64,000 nucleotides of DNA from Eremomyces bilateralis CBS 781.70 (Eukaryota), in assembly GCA_010015585.1 (NCBI GenBank), contig ML975167.1; one strand, 5' to 3'. This document shows, piece by piece, positions 26,078-37,624 of the stretch. Position numbers and translations under genes: made by a program. The notes below the pieces were generated by a model. The model worked only from the letters and a program-made list of their open reading frames with translations, ran no database searches and was not told the origin of the DNA. Each line of letters opens with the position of its first letter. The stretch's first letter is position 1.

Positions 26078-27136
26078 ATGAAGACAGACACTATCCTGAC
26101 GTTCGCTGTCACAATCGCCACTGCGGTGGCAGATCTTCCTCTACCAAGCCTGACATCTTCTCCCCCTCCGCCGCCACAATGGACAATTCCGTGCTCGATG
26201 GGCGGATCATGTCCGTCCCCATTTACATGCACACCGACAATGCCATCGCCGAGTAGCGGTCCCTGGGGCGGGCTGTGCGTCTCGTTCCCGACCCCGACCC
26301 CCTCGTCCAGCTCGCCCGATCCACCGCAATGGACGGTTGCATGCACAGGAGGGGCCGGCGGAGATTCCTGTCCGCCTCCGTTGGTATGCAAGCAAACACT
26401 GAAGGCTCCGCCCGGGGCGACGGTATTTGGCGGGGTGTGCTATACAGTGGAGCCGACACCGACGCCCTCGTCCTCACCGCCGCCACCGCAATGGACGGTT
26501 CCGTGTACGATGGGCGGATACTGTCCACCGCCGCTGACGTGTACCCCGACGATGCCGGCACCAACGGGTGGTCCATGGGGCGGGTTGTGCTTCTCCGCGC
26601 CAACGCCACCGCCCTCCTCGTCCTCGCCGCCACCACCGCAATGGACAGTCCCATGTACGATGGGGGGATACTGCCCATCGCAAATGACATGCACGCCGAC
26701 GATGGTACCCCCTACAAGCGGCCCATGGGGCGGCCTTTGCATCACGACGCTCGTCCCATCGAGTCTTGCGCCCTGCACAATGAGCCGGCCTTCTCCGGCG
26801 TGCCCGACCGGCTCGACGTGCACGCCGACGATGGTGTGCACCAGCGGTCGTCCGTGTGGGGGGTTATGCCTCTCCACGCCGACTCCCCCGAGTTCGAGTG
26901 CGCCGCTAAGTTCTACGCCGTTGAAACGGTGCCGAGGGGGGAGGTTTAAAGAAGACTGCGAGGAAGGGCAGATCTGTACGGAGATACGGGGGTCAAAGGA
27001 CAAGAAGTTTTGCGTCGACACGTGCGGAGGGTTCGTTGGCAAGCAGTGCCCGGGGGGAAGGAGGTGTGTCGACCTGCCAGGGGACGGTTGTGATCCGAAG
27101 AGAGGCGGTGCCGACTGCCGCGGCATCTGTGTGTAG
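26078..27136 (+). CDS. Secreted Cys/Pro-rich protein with tandem small disulfide modules
   Basis: Signal-peptide-like MKTDTILTFAVTIATAVA. Repeated WTxPCTMGGYCPxxxTCTPTM...PWGGLC modules separated by S/P-rich linkers. C-terminal CGGFVGKQCP...CVD...GCDP..GGADCRGICV. Confidence 0.85.
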   Translation: MKTDTILTFAVTIATAVADLPLPSLTSSPPPPPQWTIPCSMGGSCPSPFTCTPTMPSPSSGPWGGLCVSFPTPTPSSSSPDPPQWTVACTGGAGGDSCPPPLVCKQTLKAPPGATVFGGVCYTVEPTPTPSSSPPPPQWTVPCTMGGYCPPPLTCTPTMPAPTGGPWGGLCFSAPTPPPSSSSPPPPQWTVPCTMGGYCPSQMTCTPTMVPPTSGPWGGLCITTLVPSSLAPCTMSRPSPACPTGSTCTPTMVCTSGRPCGGLCLSTPTPPSSSAPLSSTPLKRCRGGRFKEDCEEGQICTEIRGSKDKKFCVDTCGGFVGKQCPGGRRCVDLPGDGCDPKRGGADCRGICV

Positions 27137-27236
27137 AGAATTCATAAGACCGGTCCTGCAATTCACGGCAACGAAGCAATGATGCGCATCTGGATGAATG
27201 AGATCCATAGTATCAAGGCAATCCAACCATCCCTTC

Positions 27237-29678
27237 TCACTCCCATGCATCTCCCCAACCTTCATCCTCATCGTCTTGCTTCTCCGCTTTCTTCGAAGTG
27301 GGTTTCGGTTGCGGTGCTGGAGTAGGCTTCGATGAAACTACGCTTTTCCTCACAGTACTACCGCCTATGACCGTAGATTTGGTCCCTGTACCCGATCGAG
27401 ACGCGGGCGCCTTTTTAAGCCCTGTAGGCAATGGTTTGGCCTTCTTCGAAGATTTCTGGGCACTGAGCCATCCCGCAAAGTCAGGTTCCCCTTTGTCTTC
27501 GTACGTCGTGATAGTAGCCGATGTCTTCCGCGGAGCTGCGCTGGAAGCGAACATGTCAAAGTCGTCAGCGGTCGTGTCCTTCTTCGTTTCGGTCGGCTCA
27601 TCCTCGAAATCGCCCCAGGCATCCATAGCGTCTTCGTCCACTGAGTTCTGATCTGACGTCGGCGTAGATACCACAGGTGCGTTAAACGGATTGGGTGACC
27701 CGGTTGACGAATGGGATTTCTTCAACTGAGATGGATTTAATCCACGGGCATTAAGGGGATTGGGAGAGGGTTTCCGTGCATCGGCAGGAGGCGGTACTGA
27801 AGATGGCCTGGTACCATTTGGACTCACGCCATTTGGCACCGTTTGCATCTCGCCACTCGCGGTCGTAAGCTTGTTGGTGAATGATGAGATGGCCCAGCCA
27901 GCCCATGAAGACGAGTCAGATTGATCATTCCCGATACGAGGCGTATTTGAGCTGCTAGTACCAGCGGTTGACTGAAGTGCGGTATCAGGTAAGGTCTGAG
28001 CATACTTGCGTATCCTTTGCATGTAAATATCCAGCGTTTTGTTCGCCTGGTCTCGGATCAGCTTCTCCTTATCGACTAAGGAAGGGGATATCGCAGGGAG
28101 GATCTTGGTTGCCCCATCTTCCTCGCTGAACACATCAGATGTTGCGGCCAGTGCCATCAGCGCTGCGTTTCTGGCATGGATGAACGGGTCTCGAAGCGCC
28201 CGAGAAAATGCGGCGACGAGGATTTTCGAGCGGGAACTCGAATTCAGGTTTCGAGCCAGCTTGCCCAAGCATATCGTTGTGTTCGTTCGAATGCCAGGTT
28301 GGTCGTCGTTGGCGGTTTTCGCAAGATATCGGAGCAATTCCCCGTTGACGGTTCGGTCAGATAGTTTTGGCACGATGGTCAGAACTGCTTTGAGCGTCTG
28401 TTCCCGGACAACCGGAGCCACGTCCGTGAATCCAGTCACCATTTGAGGAAATATCTTGTCATTGACAAGCTTCGGAGGCAGGTGGTCGATCATGAAAGGG
28501 AGGTTGTCTAAAAGACAAACCCTCATGGCACGATCTGGGCTTCCGAATAGTCGAACGATAACCGGATTCATTCGCATCTCGTATTCCTCCTCCGAGAGTT
28601 TAGAGCTGATCTTCACCACCATCCCGAAGACCTTCGCACCACCACCCCCGAACTCCACCGATTTTAAAAGTTCGGGGAGAACTTTCATTTTGAAGAATTC
28701 TTCGGGAAAGTCATCGGACAATTCATCGAGCTCGCCCAAGAATTCTTCCCGCTCATCGTCAGACTTCAGCCCCAGGTTTTCGATGGCATCGGTGATGTGA
28801 ATGAGTGGCGTCTGAAAGAACCCGCCGCTCCTCTCCCCTTGGTCCAGAAATTGTCCGACCGTGCTCCGAGTCTTCGGATTCGCGTTGACAAGTCGTCTGT
28901 AGCTCTGCTGCATGCTCGGAGGGACAGCCTTCAACTGGCTCAGCTGCTCTCTTCCATTAAAACTTCCGTTACACACCTCAAAAATCAGGATGCCGAAGTT
29001 GTACGCATCCACGGCGGTGAGCGGATTCTTTTTGATCGCCTCCCATCCGGAGTTCGCGACTTCCGGAGGGCTATATCGCCCGGAGTCGGGGACGAGGCTC
29101 CCAAACGGATATATCACCGCATCGTCTTCTTTCATCGAGCTGAGAATATCGAAGCCGCCGAGCTTCCACTCTCCACTCTCGCCCATGAATATGGACGCGA
29201 CCCGCAACGAACCGTGAACGGATGATGCATCCTCGTTGATGAACTTCACCGTCTTCGCGACGCTGTGAAGACCCCACTTGATCGTTTCCTCGGCAAGGCT
29301 CTTCCTCTTGATGTGCCACGTCAGAGGTACCAGGCGCTCGGTCGCGATGTATATGTATTGCTCCGTCTCGACAGAGTCCAGGACCTTGATTACGCCAGGA
29401 TGTCGTAGCGTTCGGAGTTTACGAGCGGCATTTCGAGCGAGGGGAAGCCGTGACTTGTTGGCTTGCACATCGAAAGACAATATGCTGCACTTGGAACCGT
29501 CTTCCTGCATAATCGGTCAGCATCTCATGATATTCCTCCGCGTAGGAGCGCATACCTTTCTGGTCCCGTTATGTAGCGTCCATATCGAGTCAGAGAGGTC
29601 GACGCGGTCGCCGAAGGAGTAGGGAAATGGAGGCCCTTTGGATATGGCTGAAGCTACTGCCGACTTCAGAAAGTCCAT
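27237..29678 (-). CDS. SCY1-like pseudokinase with HEAT repeats (CEX1/SCYL1 family)
   Basis: Exon 1 MDFLKSAVASAISKGPPFPYSFGDRVD..., intron 29505-29555. Then LRTLRHPGVIKVLD, GEWKLGGF, HEAT region (IRTNTTICLGK, RALRDPFIHARNA) and an acidic DAW-motif tail. Confidence 0.92.
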
Positions 29679-30860
29679 AGCTTCAGTATCGGGTTGGAGC
29701 GGCGCGTTCGATGGATTTTCAGAGGGCAGAACTCAGATTTCCCATATGCCTCCAGTCAAATCGAGGGATCAGGATGGCATTAATATTCGAGCCACGGATG
29801 CATGATTGCATGTGGTAATGTGATCGCGCATGTCTTCGGGTTCAACGTCGAGGGCCCCCTGGCTGCCATTCTGTTGTTGACTGATTGTGGTCCACTAAAC
29901 TTTTGGTTCCAATCTTTTTTGATTGACATCCTGGTTCCTGACTCCTATTATTATTTTATTATTATTTTCCTATAGTTACGGAATACCGTACCCATCATAC
30001 TGAATTTTCCCATTTGTTTGCTTCCCTGCATAATCACCCGAGTATGTATAAATCGCGACTATGCCGCGACCATATTGTTTCTATGGCTTCTGCGTCGCTT
30101 CGACCCGCCCATGGTGCTGTTGGTCTTCCGGGAGAACACGATGCAATATCAACCAGATATTCAGGGGTATTGCCCACCAGCACGTAAGCCTACTTATTTC
30201 CCTACCAAATATTCCGTCAAAGTCTTCTTTCGTCAGTGATGATCACTGGTAAAAGGTCTGACATCTCCGGTTCATTGTACGGCCTCACTGCTGGTATCAA
30301 ACCCGGACGCTCAGAGAATGGTTGATCCGCCTTTGCCGGCCCCTACTCTCCGGTTTCGCCGAGTTGTCGTTGGTGACTATGTCGGCTGAAGAGAAGGAGT
30401 ACATCAACCCGTCACCAATGGAGCTTTCGACTGCTTTTTAGTCGTGTAGCCAATGGCGGTGACGTATACTTGGGTATTGTTCGCACCTCGTCTGCGGCAT
30501 CGCTGGGACAGCCTCTCCGTGACGGCGGCTGTGGTTTGATCTGGTCTAGGGCTCAATGAACCGTGTGAATGAAGGCAAAAAGACACACAAGATCTGAGAC
30601 ATCGCTATCTGCTCCTTGGTTTACAGAAGATATAAGAGGAGAAGAGCGCTAACTGGTTTTGCTAGGGTCCAATACATATATCATGCCTTCTAGAACCAGG
30701 AAGCAAATTCAAGGCGTATTAAACTCTCCATTTCATGCGCTGATGAGAGGTATTTCGATATCATATACTAACATGCTAATAGATCATCTTCGGCTGGGCC
30801 AAGATTCCGTGGAAACCCAAGATTAGAACAACATCAAGGCCTTCTCTCAAAGTGCTCCTA

Positions 30861-31533
30861 TCAATAGTCCAGCTCTGGTGAAAGAGATGTAAGTTGAGTC
30901 CTTAGTCTATGGTTCTCCTTCTCAAGGACCTCAATCCTGCCATTAAGAACCTCCATCAGCCCCGCAGCGCCCCCGGAAACCTCTTTACCGATCTTATAGA
31001 GTCGCCATAACCTCAGGATGACGGCCAACGAAGCCGCGTCCTTGGTGACGCCGCGAAGAAGGGTATCAACGACCAAATTCCCAATGATCACCGTCGCGTC
31101 AAACACACGGAACCAGGACCGAAAATATTGCGCGCCAAATGCCCAGATCGAGAAAACCAGCTCGGCCATGAATAGGCATGAGAACGCAAAGCTCACGTTC
31201 CCCAACGTGCCCAGGGCATGCGATGCCGCCTTCGACTGGATCCCATTGCAGCGTTGCTCGCAGGTGTAAAGGTTGATCATGTAGCCTACGTGGACACGGT
31301 GAGCTTGAGGTTCCACACATTCTAAAAGGCCTCACACCTGCAAGTATACAGGAACCATCGAGTCCAACCAGCAGGGAAACCAAGCCATGTCCCTTTTTTG
31401 AGTCCAAGGCGTTCTGGGTAGCCTGGCGAGCATTGCGTCTCGGAGAAAAACCGGAGTACCTGCGAAAAGCAAAATAGGACTCTCTTCTTCCAAGCAAGGG
31501 AGCAAACTCGGGGGCCTCAACGTCGGGATTCAT
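30861..31533 (-). CDS. Voltage-gated proton channel Hv1-like (standalone voltage-sensor domain)
   Basis: Intron 31286-31337 joins two exons. S1 with the selectivity Asp (LLVGLDGSC), S2 (FSCLFMAEL), S3 (VFDATVI...VD), S4 RLWRLYK, and a C-terminal coiled coil (IEVLEKENHRLR). Confidence 0.85.
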
Positions 31534-32241
31534 TTAGATGATACTGAATAGTGGAAATGTAATAATATCAAAGTCACACCCGGCTTTCATAATTCAAAAT
31601 GCTCAAGGGAGAAGACGCAGGAGTTTAATAACATGAGTAGCCAGGCAGCTCATGACTTGCCTGGTCATTCAGTCATACACGCTGTCTGTGCTTCCTACCA
31701 TTAATCGACATGAGTATGAAAGAATGATGCAGCTGATGTCTTAAACAGAGAACTCGTGTAAGGCTGCTCATATTGACCTGCTGACCTGGTCTGCCTTCTA
31801 AACTGAGACTGAGACATCGCCACCTCAATCACTCAATGAGCATAAGGCTGTCACGTGACCAATACCGGATATTCTTCGGATTCTAAATGCGACTCTCGAG
31901 GCAATGAATGGATTAGAAGCTTGGGATTGACGCGGAATAACAGTGATCAATATTATCATGGCATATTCTGAGTGAATGGAAACGCACTCCGATGAAACGT
32001 TAGCAAGCTTCCCCAATCCGCCCGGATAAGATAGTTTGGACCCATCAGAGTGGTCGCGTTCCCCCGTCCCACCAGGGTTCTGCACCGCCAACCCGTCCCT
32101 TCGCGGTTCACAGTTCCGCCTTTATTTCACCAACCCAACTCAGCCTTGTCAGGCAACACCTCCACCTACCCGATCACGTCTATTTCCTTCTTTCCCAGCC
32201 TCCACCATCTCCCACCGATCCGCACATCTACATCCTTCACA

Positions 32242-33263
32242 ATGGCGGACGAAGAGCCCCAGCATAAAGAGCAGCCGCTCGACACGCAAGAGCTCGACAC
32301 GGAACAGCTCGACACCCAAGCCGAAGATGGCCACGACGAGGTGAGTTCGCCCGGCGCTTCTCCGCGCCCTCGGACACCGTCGCTGACTCCCCGCCCTCAG
32401 GAAGATATCGCGGCCATGAAGCAGCGCGTGCAAGAAATGGAAGCGGAAGCGGCCAAGCTTCGCGAGATGCAGGCGTCGCTGGACGCGCAAAACCGAGACC
32501 TGCGCGAGAGCAAGGAGGACATCGACGCGCGCAGCGTGTTCGTGGGGAACGTGGACTACGGCGCGTCGCCCGAGGAGATCCAGGCGCACTTCCAGAGCTG
32601 CGGGCCGATCAACCGGGTCACTATCTTGCTGGATAAGTTCACGGGACATCCAAAGGGGTCAGTCAACGCACCAAGAGTCGGACTTTCTTTCTACACATAA
32701 ACCGCACGTGTTTCTGCCTGTTTTTCAAGACGTTTCTATCGGGGTGTTTTCGACATGGGTGGTCTTGATGGATCTACCCACACCTCCCTCGGTACCTTGT
32801 CTTTGAAGTCATGACCTATAGAATTTGAAGAGAAAGACCCCTCGCTACCTGGCAAGAGTTTGGCAGCAAGAGGCGGAACGCTAATGGGGGCGTTGCAGGT
32901 ATGCGTATGTGGAGTTCACCGAACCGAGCTACGTCACCAACGCTCTGGTGATGAACGAAAGCGTGTTCCGAGAGCGAAATCTCAAGGTATGCCTTTCCAG
33001 CGTTAAGAGTCGGCTGCAATTCTTACCATAAACCGTACAGGTTGTTCCAAAGCGGACAAATCTTCCGGGCCTGACCCGAGGCGGCCGTGGAGGTCGAGGC
33101 GGGCCGCGTGGTGGGCGAGGAGGCTCCAGGGGTGGCTATGGTGCTCCATCGTATCGCGGAGGGTAAGTTTCCTCCCGCCTTTCTTCTGGCAGTGCTTCTG
33201 ACCTAAATCAGTTACAGAGGAGGATCGCGTGGGCGTGGCGGTGGTGGATACCGGCCCTATTAG
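32242..33263 (+). CDS. Nuclear poly(A)-binding protein (PABPN1/Pab2-like, single RRM)
   Basis: Coiled coil ([19 protein letters not shown]), RRM ([12 protein letters not shown]...GHPKG/YAYVEF) and RGG tail ending YRPY*. Introns 32341-32400, 32658-32898, 32987-33040 and 33163-33211. Confidence 0.93.
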
Positions 33264-33648
33264 ACGCCAACGGGCACCGCTGGCATCTCGCTTGTGCACT
33301 TACTTTCGGGAGGGACACTGGGAAAATCGGGTAATGGAGTCTTAAGATTGAATATTGATCGCTCTCGCCTCCGCGGGGACGACCGGAAATGCGCCGCAAG
33401 CGCCGTGGCGTCGAGAAAATGCAGAATTCATTTCATTTCGCTTCCATGATGCACTCGCTCCCTGTGCAGTCAGATTCGTTGAATCCCCTATCCCCGTAAC
33501 TCCATCAGATCCATGCTCGTTCAGATTCTTAGCCGAACGATCCCACCAACTCCTCGTCAGGCTTGATGCCCATAAATCATCTCCTCCAGATCCACCACGA
33601 CGAAACGTCCCCTTTTCATCCCTTAAACCGGCTCGCGGCCCTACCCCA

Positions 33649-34283
33649 TCACGGCGCCGGATTCTCCCTCACCACCTGCTTGATCTTCCGCTCATACGCC
33701 GCCCGATCCTTCTTGAACAGCGTATACGCCTCCGCCTGCGCCGGCGACTCCTGATTCGGTTCGTCCAGCAGCGACTGGATCCCGAGCAGGATCTCCCGGA
33801 TGGTGATCGCCGGCTTCCAGCCCTCGTCTTCGTTCAATATCGACAGGCACACGGTTCCGCTGGGGTATACGTTGGGATGGAAGAGCGGGGGGGTGAATTT
33901 GCCTGGGCGAAGTTAGTCTTGCTCGAACTTGGTTGCGGGGAGCAAACGCACATTTTGGGGGTTTCGTTGGATATTCTTTTGGGGCCGGTTGTTAGCAAAT
34001 CTGGTTGGATGGCGCGAGCGTAGTCATCACTCACCGTCGGGGAACGTCACTTCGAGTTTGAAGAGACCGCTAGCCCAGATGGTCTTGTCCTTCCCGGGGA
34101 TACCGCACTCCCACTTCTTGATGTCGAGCACCCCGTTATTCGTGCGGACGGGTTTGGCGTAGAATCCGAATGGGTGGTCTTTCCTCCATTGCTTCCTGGA
34201 GCGAAGTTAGAGCCATGCGTAAGCAGAATACATAGAAGGACTCCATACCTCTCCTCTTGGAGACGCGCTTGGCTTAACGACAT
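33649..34283 (-). CDS. UBC9: SUMO-conjugating enzyme Ubc9
   Basis: [27 protein letters not shown]...[13 protein letters not shown]...YPTKPPK/...[28 protein letters not shown]. Catalytic Cys present; three introns. Confidence 0.96.
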
Positions 34284-35114
34284 ATTGCGAACGTGATGAA
34301 GGCAGACGCGCTGATGGGGAACACGAATCGGGCAAGGAAGATTTGTGCGTATTTACTAGCTGGTGATTGGTAAAATGATTGCCCAGAAACCCTTCCTTGG
34401 TTTGTGAGGTGGAAGACTACAGCAAGTTCGGGGTCAAAGTGAAGCGAATGCGACGTTCACACTCAATGGGGTATCGGTCAGATATTGGTGGGAACTGTGG
34501 CCTGAAGTGATATTCAAGTGAGTTTGAAGGCTGCGTAGTGTTTACCGAAGGCGGAGTGAGCGTCCACGATGGAACAATGGTGAGATGAAAGGGTCCTTTG
34601 GTGTTGTTTGCGGGTGGCGGAATTGCTCCAGTCTGATGATCATCCAAGTGAAGTGGTGGTTCACTCTCCCGGTGGCAGGCAGCCTTATACTACGGAACTC
34701 CTCAGACGGCTTTACGCAGAGATGTAACACCTCGAAATGAAACTACGAGCGTTGACTTGTCACTTCAGTGTGAAAAACCAAAGGTACATGAATTTAATAC
34801 AAGATTTCCTGCTATATATACCAGGAAATCTACCAGTATGAGAATTGTACAACCATGATGGTGAACGGTCATGCGCACCAATCAGACGCCTCCCGTCAGT
34901 CCTTCGGGCTCTTCCGTGTAGCGGCACATGAATCGGCAAACCCTCGGTAAGGTCGCCCCACCACGGGCTCTCACGCTGTTGTTAGGCACTTGTGCTGCAC
35001 CTGCACGACACAGGCATGCATGAATCGGATCAGCAGGACAGTATCACAATCTGATATTTGACATCCTCCTCAGTCCTTGCTTTATATACCCATTTCTTCC
35101 TCCCTACTCCCATC

Positions 35115-36130
35115 ATGTCGGGCGAAAAGAAGGAGGAAATCCCGCCCAGTGCGCTGGACGCCGCGCCAGACCCCCCCGAAGACGACCTAGACGACCTTGA
35201 TGGTAACCTCACGCTCCCGTGCTAAACACTCCACGCTGACCGAACCGCAGCCGTCCTCGATGAGTTCTCAGCGACGACCTTAGAACCAAAAGACAAGCAC
35301 CCGGACGCCTCAGGCGCCGACAAGTCTATCCCAGCGCCGTCATCAGATATCCCCCCCCCGATCCCCGCCGCCCCGGACTTCGAGAAGGAGCTGCAGGCGG
35401 GCATGGCGGCGCTGCTGGGCGAGCTGGATTCGAACCCAGAGATGCAGAAGGAGATGGAGGCGCTGATGAAGGAGCTGGGCAGCGCGACGGACCTCGGGCT
35501 GACCGAGCCCAGCAACCCGCCACCCGCAGCGTCGGCGGAGGGGAGTAAAGCGACGGAGGACTCGTTTCAGGAGAATATTCGGCGGACGATGGAGCGGATG
35601 CAGGCGTCGGGCGAGCAGGCGGGGGCGGCAGCAGCGGAGTCGAGCCAGCAGAATTTCATGATGGAGATGCTCAAGAACCTGGACGCGGATGGAGAGGGGG
35701 GCTTCGATCCGGCGAACATGAACGACGCAGCGTACACGAAGATGATTTCCGGGCTGATGGAGGAGCTGACGACCAAGGAGATCCTGTACGAGCCGATGAA
35801 GGAGCTGTATGATAAGTATCCCGAATGGATTGAGAAGAATAAGGAGACGGTCGGGAAGGAGGATTTGGCGAGGTATCGGGAGCAGCTGGAGCATGTCACG
35901 GAGATTGTGGGGAGGTTTGAGAGCCCGTCGTATTCGGACACCAACGCGGCTGATAAGGCGTTCATCTCGGAGAAGATGGAGAAGGTGAGTTCGGGATCCC
36001 CTTGGTATGTGATAGCTACTGACCCCTAGCCTAGATGCAAAACGCCGGGTCTCCTCCTGGCGACCTGGTCAACATGAGCGCCGCGCAAGAGGTGCTCGGC
36101 GACATGGACTCCGGATGTCCAACGCAATGA
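35115..36130 (+). CDS. PEX19: Peroxin Pex19
   Basis: N-terminal EDDLDDLD/AVLDEF motif, FQENIRRTMERM, ELTTKEILYEPMKEL and MQNAGSPPGDL. Ends in a CaaX box (CPTQ*). Introns ~35203-35250 and ~35985-36034. Confidence 0.93.
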
Positions 36131-36265
36131 TCTACATGATATTCCCCTTTACGCCTGCATGTGCCAGCCCTTCCTCTCCATAGACCATATCCATGATCCA
36201 GATACCCAACACCGAAAACGCCAAAAGACTGTGAACGCCGAGAATATCCTGATTCCTGTCTTCCT

Positions 36266-36988
36266 TCAACTAGTGTCCATCGCGTCGTGGTGCTCGCCTT
36301 GCGCACGTGGGTCGGAAGAGAACCCGTCACCTGCCATGTCCCGCCAATCATCATCGTCAAGATCGATGTCGATATCTGCGAATTGGTGTCGTTGGGCTTG
36401 AGAGATATCGTTCTTCGGCGCGTCGTCCTCCATCATGCCGATCAACGACTGCATCTCCGCATCCTCCATCTGCTCGATGAAATCCAGTTCTTCCTGTGAA
36501 TGCGACGCCTGTGGCTGACCGTAGAGCGTCTCGTGTTGGACTGGGCTGCTATGCAACGCAAACTCGACGTCATCGTCGTCAATCCCGTCTTCTAAATATT
36601 CCGCGGCGCGCGACTTGGTCGAATCCGATCTCCGCTTCTCGTGCACGAAATCCGAGCGCATGATCTATATCGCCATGTCAGCATCGACGTCTCTATAAGC
36701 TCAGACAACCAGCCTTACATATTCGCATCGCTCAGCCCACCGCTTATCGTCCCGTTTCCTCGCCACATCCCGGAAGAAAATCTCCCGCCGCTTCTTGTTC
36801 AGCGCCTCTGCGCTCTTCAGCACCGGCACCGGCTTGATTGCGCGCTTCGAGTACGGCTGCGGCGCGGGCTTGGCGGACGCACTCATGCTGAACGGAGAGT
36901 GCGGAGGGACATTGGAGGATCGTGGGGAGAGCGGGGAGGGTTTCGCAGGCATGTAGGAGTATGAGGACCAGATAGGGGATGCAAGCAT
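36266..36988 (-). CDS. Hypothetical fungal protein (two exons)
   Basis: Exon 1 MLASPIWSS...KRREIFFRDVARKRDDKRWAERCEY ends at a GTAAGG donor. Exon 2 IMRSDFVHEKRR... is acidic. Confidence 0.7.
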
Positions 36989-37624
36989 TTTGAACTGGTT
37001 AGGTAGGTATGGATATACGGTCAGGGTAAGAAATGGCGCGGTGGTTGTCTGTTGGAGGAGAGGATGAGGTGAGTGAGAGATGGATGGCGCGGTGGAACGC
37101 GATCGGCGGGGCAAAGACGTGACCAGACGCGACCCCATGATCACGCTAAACCCGTTCCGGAACTGCATCAACCACTTGTTCCTCCTAAATCAACGTCACC
37201 ATAGGAGGAATTCTACCATTTCAACGTCAAATCGCTCTGAGGATGGCACTACATGATGATAGTTCCCCTCAATCATATTCCTAAGGGTTATATACTTTTT
37301 TCATTCCAAATCTATCTATTAAGATCTGAAAGCAGCCTCGCCATACAATGACGAGCAGCATGTTATGGGCATGGCCCATGGTTGGCATAGGCTGAGAGCC
37401 TAAGCCTGATCAAGCCTAGCGTAGAGATGGAACCTCATCAAGATTCCTCTGTCATAGTCACCTTATACTCTTCATCTCAATCTAGAATATCTTTGGCTAC
37501 GCGTATGTTGTGTGCATCCAGCTACCGTGCCGTAACACAGCATCCGTATCGGTTTCCGTCTTTCCGATTTGTTCTCGGCGCACAGTCCTCCTAACAAGGA
37601 GGACTTCCTACGTATAACGTAGTA

